Assembly (NCBI GenBank): GCA_963676105.1
Contig: OY781039.1
Coordinates: 1,770,001-1,802,000, forward strand
Direction: 5' to 3'
Source: Erysipelotrichaceae bacterium
GTDB lineage: Bacteria; Bacillota_I; Bacilli_A; Erysipelotrichales; Erysipelotrichaceae
Length of the DNA: 32,000 nucleotides
The notes under the pieces are model-generated. The model saw only the letters and a list, made by a program, of their open reading frames with translations, did not search any database and had not been told where the DNA came from. Of this stretch, positions 9,590 through 16,830 are shown piece after piece (the stretch's first letter is position 1; each line of letters begins with the position of its first letter). The translations under genes and the position numbers were made by a program.

Positions 9590-9958
9590 ATGATGAAAAA
9601 AATTATCTTACTATTAACCGTATTACTAACACTTACAGCTTGTTCAACAAGTTCGTCGGTGACAAAAATTGATGCAAAAGAAGCAAAGAGCATGATGGAG
9701 TCACAAGAAGTTATTGTGGTGGATGTTCGAACACAAGCTGAATATGATGAATCTCATATTGAAAATGCGATATTAATTACCAATGAAAATATTGATGGTG
9801 ATCCAGTTGAACTACCAGATAAAGATGCGACGATTTTAGTTTATTGTCGATCAGGAAATCGATCAGCTGAGGCTAGTGCAAAACTAGCGAATTTAGGTTA
9901 CACAAATGTCTATGATTTTGGTGGCATTATTGATTGGCCTTATGCTATTGTTAAGTAG
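9590..9958 (+). CDS. Exported single-domain rhodanese (sulfurtransferase) lipoprotein
   Basis: ATG 9590 follows AAGGGGA. MMKKIILLLTVLLTLTAC is a lipoprotein signal. The rhodanese active-site loop is CRSGNRS, within VVDVRT..EY..SHI. Confidence 0.85.
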   Translation: MMKKIILLLTVLLTLTACSTSSSVTKIDAKEAKSMMESQEVIVVDVRTQAEYDESHIENAILITNENIDGDPVELPDKDATILVYCRSGNRSAEASAKLANLGYTNVYDFGGIIDWPYAIVK

Positions 9959-9960
9959 TC

Positions 9961-10611
9961 ATGGCAAGAAAAGCACGTAATACATTAGATTCAAATTTAG
10001 TTTTAATTACACAAGCCTCTCAATGTGAGGTTTTTCGTGATGATAATGATCGTGAACATTTTCTTACACTCATCGAAAAAGCACAGAAGCAATATAACTG
10101 TAATGTTTTAGCATTCTGTTGTTCAGAAGAAAAAGGTTTTCAACTTGTTTTAGATACGAAGGGTGCAAACCTTTCACGTATTATGCAATCAATATCTATT
10201 TCCTATGCGATGTATCGAAAGAGTGAATCTCGTTTATTCGAACAACGGTATAAATCATATCCACTATACTCAGTAGATCAACTCAAAGAAAAGATCCAAG
10301 AAGTTGGTTTAAAAGATCCACAGTTTGCAGGTTGTTGTTTTATGAAAGATGAAACACACCCATGGGTTAGACGTGTTGATTTAGATGCGACAATCTTTGC
10401 TAGATCAGAACATGAAATCAATAGTCGTACTTATCTTCAAAAATGGTTAGATGAGCATAATATGACTTTTGATGAACTGCTTCAAGATAAGACAATGAGA
10501 AATCAAGCAATATTTGAATTAAGACAAAATTCAACCTGTACTTTAAAAAGGTTATCTGTTGCTTTTGGCTTATCTGAATCTACGATTTCTAAAATACTTA
10601 AACATCATTAA
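9961..10611 (+). CDS. IS200/REP-associated Y1-transposase-like protein with C-terminal DnaA-type HTH; apparently catalytically degenerate
   Basis: The N-terminus MARKARN..., ...DREHFLTLIEKAQKQYNCNVLAFC..., LSRIMQSISISYAMYRK and FEQRYKS are colinear with the COG1943 transposase-like family as I recall it. The expected HxH (HUH) position reads EEKGFQLVL. The C-terminus RNQAIFELRQNSTCTLKRLSVAFGLSESTISKIL looks like a DnaA-domain-IV-type HTH. Confidence 0.55.
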   Translation: MARKARNTLDSNLVLITQASQCEVFRDDNDREHFLTLIEKAQKQYNCNVLAFCCSEEKGFQLVLDTKGANLSRIMQSISISYAMYRKSESRLFEQRYKSYPLYSVDQLKEKIQEVGLKDPQFAGCCFMKDETHPWVRRVDLDATIFARSEHEINSRTYLQKWLDEHNMTFDELLQDKTMRNQAIFELRQNSTCTLKRLSVAFGLSESTISKILKHH

Positions 10612-10643
10612 AATACGATTTATAAAAAAATTAAGCAAAGTTC

Positions 10644-10672
10644 TTTACAATTCAAGTTCTGTCCCCTATACT
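10644..10672 (+). promoter_or_regulatory. Promoter of the TrxR-like/PDO pair
   Basis: TTTACA (10644-10649), 17 nt, TATACT (10667-10672). AGGAGGA RBS and GTG start lie downstream. Confidence 0.5.
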
Positions 10673-10695
10673 ATCCATTGTAGGAGGAACACAAC

Positions 10696-11658
10696 GTGAG
10701 TTTTAACTTTGCTTTTAAAACGGAAACTAAAACAGTAGATACTTCCATTACCTACGATTTTGTAAGTATTGGGGGAGGACCTGCTTCATTAAATGCAAGT
10801 CTGTATGCAAAGCGTAAAGGTTTAAAAACCTTACTCATTGCCAAGAAGATGGGTGGTAACCTGTTAGATACAGATCAAGTAGAAAACTACTTAGGTTTCA
10901 AAATGGAAACAGGTGAAGGACTAGCTGAAAGTTTCGAAAATCATTTAAAGTCATTAGATGTAGAAATACTCAGTGACACATTTGTCAGAAAACTAAGTAA
11001 AGAAAATGGACTCTTCAAAATAGAAATTGAATCTGGTGAAATCATCACAAGTAAAACAGTGATGGTCGCAACAGGATCTCAACCACGACACTTAGGTGTT
11101 AAAGGAGAAGAGACATTTAAAAACACAGGAGTTGCTTATTGTGCCATCTGTGATGCACCTCTATATAAAGATAAGACAGTGATTATTGCCGGTGGTGGTA
11201 ACTCAGCTGTTGAAGCTACGATAGATGTGGCAAAATATGCAAAGAAAGTGATTGTGGTACATCGATCAGAATTCAGAGCCGATGCAATACTACAAGATAG
11301 AATGCGAGCTATTGAAGGGATTGAGATTTATAAACAAACACAAATCTTAGAACTTGTAGGTTCAAATAAACTTGAAGGTGTTAAAGTCTTGGATAAAGAA
11401 ACAAACACTGAAAGAGTGATTGAAACTGAGGGCATATTTATTGAAATAGGACATGTACCTAATTCAAACTTAGTAAAGGATTTAGTTGAACTAAATTCAA
11501 TGAATGAAATTGTTGTTGATCAAAAACAACAAACAAGTCTTGAAGGTTTATTTGCGGCAGGTGATGTCACAGATATCCCTTATAAACAAATTATCTTAGC
11601 TGCAGCGGATGGTGCAAAAGCCGCACTTGCTGCTAGTGAATATGTTGTACACCATTAA
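10696..11658 (+). CDS. Thioredoxin-reductase-fold flavoprotein resembling the C-terminal (FAD/NADH) module of AhpF
   Basis: GTG start 7 nt after AGGAGG. Motifs: GGGPAS FAD-binding motif, redox-active CAICDA, GGGNSAVEA NAD(P)H motif, and C-terminal AAGDVTDIPYKQIILAAADGAKAAL (the YKQ variant I associate with AhpF rather than TrxB). Confidence 0.8.
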   Translation: MSFNFAFKTETKTVDTSITYDFVSIGGGPASLNASLYAKRKGLKTLLIAKKMGGNLLDTDQVENYLGFKMETGEGLAESFENHLKSLDVEILSDTFVRKLSKENGLFKIEIESGEIITSKTVMVATGSQPRHLGVKGEETFKNTGVAYCAICDAPLYKDKTVIIAGGGNSAVEATIDVAKYAKKVIVVHRSEFRADAILQDRMRAIEGIEIYKQTQILELVGSNKLEGVKVLDKETNTERVIETEGIFIEIGHVPNSNLVKDLVELNSMNEIVVDQKQQTSLEGLFAAGDVTDIPYKQIILAAADGAKAALAASEYVVHH

Positions 11659-11676
11659 TTAAGGAGAAACAAAACA

Positions 11677-12315
11677 ATGGAAAAATTATTAAACGAAGAA
11701 GTACAAAATCAATTAAAAGATGTCTTTAGTGGAATGACATCACCAATCACAATGGTTTTATTTACATCAAAAGATGCATGTGAAACTTGTGAACCAACAG
11801 AACAATTATTAAGTGAAGTTTCTGAACTATCAGACAAAATTAATGTTGAAGTAAAAGACATTGCAGATGCTGATGCGAAGAAATATGGAATTGAACGTGT
11901 TCCTTCATTTGTTGTCTTAGATGACAAAGGTGAAGACAAAGGTGTTAAGTTCAATGGTATTCCTGCAGGACATGAAATTAATTCATTCGTTAGCGCAATC
12001 ATGGAAATGGGTGGCGCAACGTCTGAATTACCAGCAGAACTAGTTGAGCGTATTGCTAAAATCGATAAACCTGTAAACATTAAAGTATTCGTGACATTAT
12101 CATGTCCACATTGCCCAGGTGCTGTTCAAAAAGCTCACAAATTAGCAATGTTAAACAAAAATGTAGTAGGTGAAATGGTTGAAGCTCAAACATTCTACGA
12201 ACTTTCACAAAAACATAATGTTTCTGGAGTTCCAAAAATCATTATCAATGATTCATTAGAACTTGTTGGTAATCAACCAATTGAAGCATTCTTAGATCAA
12301 ATCGAAAGTTTATAA
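11677..12315 (+). CDS. Double-thioredoxin-fold protein disulfide oxidoreductase (glutaredoxin-like; resembles the AhpF N-terminal domain / archaeal PDO)
   Basis: Two Trx-fold halves with CETC and CPHC motifs. FNGIPAGHEINSFVSAI and TLSCPHCPGAVQKAHKLAM align with AhpF N-terminal-domain blocks from memory. Confidence 0.75.
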   Translation: MEKLLNEEVQNQLKDVFSGMTSPITMVLFTSKDACETCEPTEQLLSEVSELSDKINVEVKDIADADAKKYGIERVPSFVVLDDKGEDKGVKFNGIPAGHEINSFVSAIMEMGGATSELPAELVERIAKIDKPVNIKVFVTLSCPHCPGAVQKAHKLAMLNKNVVGEMVEAQTFYELSQKHNVSGVPKIIINDSLELVGNQPIEAFLDQIESL

Positions 12316-12398
12316 GACTTAATTAGACAGTTCAAATGATAAGATCCCTCCAAAGTAGACAATGCAAATATGCAAAGTTGAAAGGAGGGATTTTTTAT

Positions 12399-13112
12399 AT
12401 GGGACGTAAGAATAAATATAGTCCTGAAATTAAAGTAGAAATAGTAAAAACTTTTTTAAGAGGTGAAAAATCAGTGAACCAACTAGGATTTGAATTTAAT
12501 GTTCGAGCTTACACGGTTCGTCAATGGATACATAGTTATCAAAAATATGGCAGAGAAATTTTTGAAGATAAAGAACGAAACAAACGCTATACAAAAGAAC
12601 TAAAAGATAATGTCATACACGAATATCTTAACGGCGTTGATTCCTTAGAAGGATTGCGTATTAAGTATCAAATATCATCCCATTCCATCATATTAAATTG
12701 GCTTAGAAAGTATAATAACCATATAGAACTGAAGGACTATGATCCTAAGGGAGATGTTTATATGGCTGGAAGAAGGAAGACAAATTTAGCAGAGCGGGTT
12801 GAAATTGTAGAGTATTGTCTCAAACACAATCGTGAATTTAAAAAGGCAGCTGAAGTTTATCAAGTGTCGTATTCTCAAGTTTATCAATGGGTGAAGAAAT
12901 ATGAACTTGAAGGACAAGATGGTTTACTTGATCGACGTGGTAAACGAAAACTAGAAGATAGTTTAAGTGAAGTTGAAAAGCTGCAGAAGAAGATAGATCA
13001 ACTCGAGAAACAATTAGAACTTAAAGAGAATGAGAACACACTCTTAAAAAAAGTGAAGGAATTCGAAAGGAGGCGGTATTCAGTCAAGTTAGACAAGAAG
13101 CGAAATACTTAG
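12399..13112 (+). CDS. IS3-family transposase OrfA (two HTH modules plus a leucine-zipper-like coiled coil)
   Basis: ATG 12399 follows GAAAGGAGGG. MGRKNKYSPEIKVEIVK..VRQWIHSYQKYG and a second HTH (VSYSQVYQWVKKYE) are followed by LEKQLELKENENTLLKKVKEF. The slippery A AAA AAA at 13046-13052 is in the OrfA frame (TTA AAA AAA GTG). Confidence 0.9.
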   Translation: MGRKNKYSPEIKVEIVKTFLRGEKSVNQLGFEFNVRAYTVRQWIHSYQKYGREIFEDKERNKRYTKELKDNVIHEYLNGVDSLEGLRIKYQISSHSIILNWLRKYNNHIELKDYDPKGDVYMAGRRKTNLAERVEIVEYCLKHNREFKKAAEVYQVSYSQVYQWVKKYELEGQDGLLDRRGKRKLEDSLSEVEKLQKKIDQLEKQLELKENENTLLKKVKEFERRRYSVKLDKKRNT

Positions 13113-13156
13113 CCATACAAAGCTGTCAAAGAGATTATCACTGGAGTATACATTGG

Positions 13157-14056
13157 ATGTGTCAGGTATTAGAGATACCGAGATCTAGTTACTATAAGTG
13201 GTTAAAACGCACTGAAACAGCACAAGAGAAGGAAAACCAACAAATTGCACAATGGATACTTGAGTATGATGAAATATTCGATCATATCTATGGTTATCGA
13301 CGTATGACAATAGCCATTAATCGATTGAATCATAAAAATTATAATCAAAAACGTGTTCGTCGTATGATGCGACTATTAGGGATAAAATCCGTCATACGTA
13401 AAAAGAAGAATAACTATCATAAGTCAGAACCTGAGATTACTGCTGAGAATATCTTAGCGAGAGATTTCTTCGCTAGTGCACCTAATCAAAAGTGGGTCAC
13501 AGACGTAACTGAGTTTAAAGATCGACATACAAAACAGAAACTCTATTTAAGTGCCATCTTAGATTTATATGATCGAAGTATCGTTGCGTATGAGATAAGT
13601 GGACGTAATAATAATCAACTTGTATTCAACACTTTTGAGAAAGCAATGAGTCTTAATCCAGGTGCGAAACCACTGTTTCATTCAGATAGAGGATTCCAAT
13701 ATACAAGTAAAGTATTCAAATATAAGTTAGAAACAAATGGATTGACACAAAGCATGTCTAGAGTTGGCCGCTGTATCGATAATGGACCGATTGAAGGTTT
13801 CTGGGGCATTATTAAATCAGAGATGTATCATCATCATAAATATGAAAACCTACAAGATTTAAACCAAGCTATTCATAAATATATGTCCTTCTACAATCAT
13901 CAAAGATTTCAAAGCAGATTCAATAATCAAACACCTATTGAAGTTAGAGAAGCAGCTTTAAATAGTCAGGTCATTCCACAATACCCAATTAAACCAAATA
14001 ATCGAATCATAAAATACTATGAAACCATAAAACAAAATCAAGAAATAAGAAACTAA
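13157..14056 (+). CDS. IS3-family transposase OrfB (DDE/RNase-H-fold integrase core), probably made as an OrfAB fusion by -1 frameshift at 13046-13052
   Basis: The -1 frame is open from the slippery site through 13157. Motifs: WVTDVTEF (D), HSDRGFQYTS (D), DNGPIEGFWGIIKSE (E). Confidence 0.9.
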   Translation: MCQVLEIPRSSYYKWLKRTETAQEKENQQIAQWILEYDEIFDHIYGYRRMTIAINRLNHKNYNQKRVRRMMRLLGIKSVIRKKKNNYHKSEPEITAENILARDFFASAPNQKWVTDVTEFKDRHTKQKLYLSAILDLYDRSIVAYEISGRNNNQLVFNTFEKAMSLNPGAKPLFHSDRGFQYTSKVFKYKLETNGLTQSMSRVGRCIDNGPIEGFWGIIKSEMYHHHKYENLQDLNQAIHKYMSFYNHQRFQSRFNNQTPIEVREAALNSQVIPQYPIKPNNRIIKYYETIKQNQEIRN

Positions 14057-14187
14057 AAAAGATGACCCATTTTCTGGATCATCTAATCTTTACTTATTTC
14101 CACTGTCTACTTGACAGGGGTCGCATCAAAATGAACTGTCTTTTTTTGCAGCAATATCAAAAAAGACTAAGCACTTATTTAATGATC

Positions 14188-14240
14188 AATCTAATGTCTA
14201 GTGCGTAAAATTATACTTATATGCACTAGATACTTAGATT
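14188..14240. repeat. Palindromic repeat, copy 1 (AGTGC-R-TAAA...TGCACT core with extended arms)
   Basis: AATCTAATGTCTAGTGCGTAAAATTATACTTATATGCACTAGATACTTAGATT is an imperfect ~53-nt palindrome. Its core is related to the copies at 15247 and 15321. Confidence 0.6.
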
Positions 14241-14562
14241 CATTTTGTGTATGCCACAGTGCGTTGCTTGTGATTGGATTAACATAAGGTTATATTAAGA
14301 TTATATTAAGCATATTTGTAAGTACAAATGTGAAGTTATTTGGGTTTATCACATACGATGTTAGTAGGGTTACACGTGATATTGTATTGAGCATAAAGAT
14401 CATTTAAATAATATTTAATAGCCTATTAGTGCTGATTTTAGTTTTATGATTTTGAAATCTTTATAAATTAGAGATACAAGGTCTAGAAAGGGGTTTATGA
14501 GACTTAATTATTGAGTGTTTAGATCTGATGTCTATTTATAAAATAAAGAAAGGAATATATTT

Positions 14563-14976
14563 ATGAAAAAATTATTTAAATTTTTATTTACTGTACTTAT
14601 GGTATTAAGTTTAACAAGTCCGGTTTACGCAAACGATGATTTTTCTTCAACAAATAGTTTAATTCAAAACAATCAAGAATCCATTGAATTAGTAACAACC
14701 GAAAGTGTATTAATTAGAGAAGTTAAAATTTTTATTGCGGGATATTTAGTATCAAAAGTAATAGATGGAATAGTTTATAAAGGAACTGGTTATTATCCTC
14801 AAGATATTACAGATGCCGCTATAGCAGCTGCTACAGATTTTGCTCTTTATAATATTTATCAACATGTTGCACTTTCATCGTCTATTCTTGCAGATTTTTC
14901 GAACGCTGGTGTTTTTATTTCTGCAACAGGAGGTTTTGGCGGTGGCGGTGGTACCACTTGGTCATTTGATTATTAG
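14563..14976 (+). CDS. Orphan secreted protein with a glycine-rich C-terminus (no recognisable family)
   Basis: RBS AAAGAAAGGA. Signal peptide MKKLFKFLFTVLMVLSLTSPVYA|ND. The C-terminus is ATGGFGGGGGTTWSFDY. It sits in an AT-rich patch next to the IS. Confidence 0.6.
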   Translation: MKKLFKFLFTVLMVLSLTSPVYANDDFSSTNSLIQNNQESIELVTTESVLIREVKIFIAGYLVSKVIDGIVYKGTGYYPQDITDAAIAAATDFALYNIYQHVALSSSILADFSNAGVFISATGGFGGGGGTTWSFDY

Positions 14977-15065
14977 TGACATTGTTTGATAATGCATGCA
15001 TCTTAAAAATATAATCGATGTAAAATAATGTTTATGTTGATTTTCAATATAATGAGGTTAAATAA

Positions 15066-15176
15066 ATGAACAAGCGGACAATAATAATATTTATATTAGG
15101 AATGATCGTTGGATTTGTTACAATCCCTATTTTTGGGAATCCATTTAGAGATGTTTTATCATTTTTCTTCAGGTAA
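15066..15176 (+). CDS. 36-aa single-TM micro-protein (hypothetical; not in the ORF track)
   Basis: ATG 15066 lies 8 nt after GAGG. It encodes MNKRTIIIFILGMIVGFVTIPIFGNPFRDVLSFFFR, with a basic N-terminus and one TM helix. An 8-bp hairpin (TTCAATAT/ATATTGAA, 15179-15205) follows the stop. Confidence 0.4.
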   Translation: MNKRTIIIFILGMIVGFVTIPIFGNPFRDVLSFFFR

Positions 15177-15246
15177 TTTTCAATATCTAGCAATCAAATA
15201 TTGAAGGTGTTCTTACAACGATTGACTTAATTAAAAATAATAAAAT

Positions 15247-15276
15247 GAGTGCATAAAAGTATACTTTTGTGCACTC
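15247..15276. repeat. Palindromic repeat, copy 2
   Basis: GAGTGCATAAAAGTATACTTTTGTGCACTC is a 30-nt palindrome with one mismatched pair. It is preceded by TAAAATG, as copy 3 is preceded by TAAAATA. Confidence 0.65.
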
Positions 15277-15282
15277 TCATCG

Positions 15283-15306
15283 AACCCTTATTTAAAAGGG
15301 TTTTTT
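15283..15306 (+). terminator. Rho-independent terminator between repeat copies 2 and 3
   Basis: AACCCTT-ATTTAA-AAGGGTT stem-loop followed by a T-run (TTTTTT). Confidence 0.6.
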
Positions 15307-15320
15307 GATGCTCAAAATGC

Positions 15321-15360
15321 TAAAATAAGTGCATAAAGTAGTTCAATACTTTTTTGCACT
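15321..15360. repeat. Palindromic repeat, copy 3 (longer loop)
   Basis: TAAAATAAGTGCATAAAGTAGTTCAATACTTTTTTGCACT has arms AGTGCATAAAGTA / TACTTTTTTGCACT. It shares the 5' TAAAAT.AGTGCATAAA block with copy 2. Confidence 0.6.
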
Positions 15361-15571
15361 ATTATTGGGAGATTATTTAAAGAATCTTATTTATTAAGCT
15401 CGTTTTAAATCAATGTTCATGAAGAATTGTGATAGTCTATGAAATAAGTGGAAATTCACTCTCAAAGTCTCTCCCAGTAATTAAAAATCAATAAATTTTA
15501 ACTTTCGATATACTATTTTACGGCATTTTGAAAAGAATGAAGATTAATGTGTTTCATTTTGTGCTATATTA

Positions 15572-16486
15572 ATGACTCATATGAGAACTGAAGAAAAACA
15601 ACTTAAATTAATTTGGAAAAAGATTGGTCAACTAGACAGACATTATTATAAAAATGCAGTAGAGCCTAAAGGATCGGTTGTCTCAGAAAGTATTCCATAC
15701 ATAAATGATGATAATCCTATGCATGAGTTAGAAGTGGTCTTGCCAAAAAACAACTCAACTAAACTACCTGTTATCATCAATATCCATGGGGGTGCTTGGA
15801 TTTATGGTGAGAAAGACTCTTATTACAAATATTATTGTATGGAACTAGCGCAATTTAACTATGCAGTAATCAGTATCAATTATCGTTTAGCTTTTGAATC
15901 TCCATTTCCTTCAATGATTGAAGATATTTTTGCGGTTTTTAAATGGCTAGAAAATCAAAGTCAATTTAACTTAGATTTAAATAATGTGTATCTTGTAGGA
16001 GATTCAGCGGGAGCTCATTTAGCGGCTTTGTCTGCTCAAATTATTCAATCAACAGATTTACAAAAACACTATGATGTTAAGGTTCCTTCATTTTCTATTA
16101 GGGGGCTAGGATTAAGTTCGGGTGTTTATGATTTTGACACACTTACGACAGGTGATAATGAATTACCTTTAAAACAAACATTGCTTGAAGTTATGTTTAA
16201 TCGAATAGATTTTAAAAATAATCCTATCTATCAATATTCTTCAGTATCAAAGAATTTAAACAAAGATTTTACACCATCTTATGTTGTTTCATCTCTAGCT
16301 GATCCATTAACACATGAAAGTCAACGTTTCGTAAAAGAGTTGGAAGAAAAAGGCTGTGCCTTTAAACAACATTTCTTTGATAAAACACAGGAATTACCAC
16401 ATGTATTTAATCTTAAAAGTATTTATCCACAGAGTGATTTAGTGAACTCTGAGATGATTGCATTCTTTGATTCTCTAAAGGCTTGA
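15572..16486 (+). CDS. Alpha/beta-hydrolase esterase/lipase (HSL-type, HGG and GDSAG motifs)
   Basis: NIHGGAWIYG (oxyanion HGG motif) and LVGDSAGAHLA (GxSxG nucleophile elbow). The start is uncertain (ATG 15572 or 15581). Confidence 0.8.
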   Translation: MTHMRTEEKQLKLIWKKIGQLDRHYYKNAVEPKGSVVSESIPYINDDNPMHELEVVLPKNNSTKLPVIINIHGGAWIYGEKDSYYKYYCMELAQFNYAVISINYRLAFESPFPSMIEDIFAVFKWLENQSQFNLDLNNVYLVGDSAGAHLAALSAQIIQSTDLQKHYDVKVPSFSIRGLGLSSGVYDFDTLTTGDNELPLKQTLLEVMFNRIDFKNNPIYQYSSVSKNLNKDFTPSYVVSSLADPLTHESQRFVKELEEKGCAFKQHFFDKTQELPHVFNLKSIYPQSDLVNSEMIAFFDSLKA

Positions 16487-16525
16487 TAAGTGCTTTTGTA
16501 AATGATAAACTAAATGAGCATTTAT

Positions 16526-16601
16526 GGACGCTTAGCTCAGCTGGGAGAGCACTACCTTGACGTGGTAGGGGTCATGGGTTCGAGTCCCTTAGCGTCCACC
16601 A
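16526..16601 (+). tRNA. tRNA-Val (anticodon GAC), CCA encoded
   Basis: Cloverleaf folded by hand: acceptor GGACGCT/AGCGTCC, anticodon stem CTACC/GGTAG, loop TTGACGT, T-loop TTCGAGT. There is one T-T mismatch in the T-stem. Confidence 0.85.
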
Positions 16602-16614
16602 TTTATTTCTTTAT

Positions 16615-16690
16615 GCGCCCGTGGCGCAATGGATAGCGCATTTGATTCCGATTCAAAAGGTTGCAGGTTCGACTCCTGTCGGGCGCGCCA
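16615..16690 (+). tRNA. tRNA-Arg (anticodon CCG), CCA encoded
   Basis: Acceptor GCGCCCG/CGGGCGC, anticodon stem TTTGA/TCAAA, loop TTCCGAT, T-loop TTCGACT. Confidence 0.9.
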
Positions 16691-16711
16691 TTAAACGGGT
16701 TTAAATATTGC

Positions 16712-16787
16712 GGGGATTTAGCTCAGCTGGAAGAGCACAACGCTGGCAGCGTTGGGGTCGTGGGTTCGAGTCCCATAATCTCCACCA
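16712..16787 (+). tRNA. tRNA-Ala (anticodon GGC), CCA encoded
   Basis: Acceptor GGGGATT/AATCTCC with the G3:U70 alanine identity pair. Anticodon stem CAACG/CGTTG, loop CTGGCAG. Confidence 0.9.
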
Positions 16788-16801
16788 TTACATAAAACAC
16801 C

Positions 16802-16830
16802 AAAGCTCAGCAATTGCTGAGCTTTTATTT
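16802..16830. terminator. Bidirectional terminator after the tRNA trio / convergent gene
   Basis: AAAGCTCAGC-AATT-GCTGAGCTTT perfect 10-bp stem followed by TATTTT. Confidence 0.8.

Larger units (their letters stand above)
12326..14140 (+). mobile_element. IS3-family (IS150-like) insertion sequence, apparently intact
   Basis: Imperfect ~46-bp terminal inverted repeats: GACAGTTCA...AAGTAGACAATGCAAATA at 12326 onward, matched by the reverse complement of the sequence ending at 14140. orfA and orfB are in 0/-1 frames with an A7 slippery run. The DDE transposase is in orfB. No clean target-site duplication is seen (flanks TTA / TTT). Confidence 0.85.

Noticed and set aside
11709-12080. 123-aa minus-strand ORF inside the PDO gene
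   Set aside because: It is entirely antisense to a gene with clear CXXC thioredoxin-fold motifs. It is Ser-rich and low-complexity with no RBS.
14287-14310. Tandem TTATATTAAG x2 direct repeat
   Set aside because: There are only two 10-11 nt units in very AT-rich DNA, which is too short to call a functional repeat or CRISPR-like array. No CRISPR array exists anywhere in the window.
15541-15583. Leaderless-type promoter for the esterase gene (TGCTATATT at 15562-15570)
   Set aside because: The -10-like box ends 1 nt before ATG 15572 and 10 nt before ATG 15581. Neither matches the 6-nt geometry seen at the other six genes, and no convincing -35 is present, so it was not counted.
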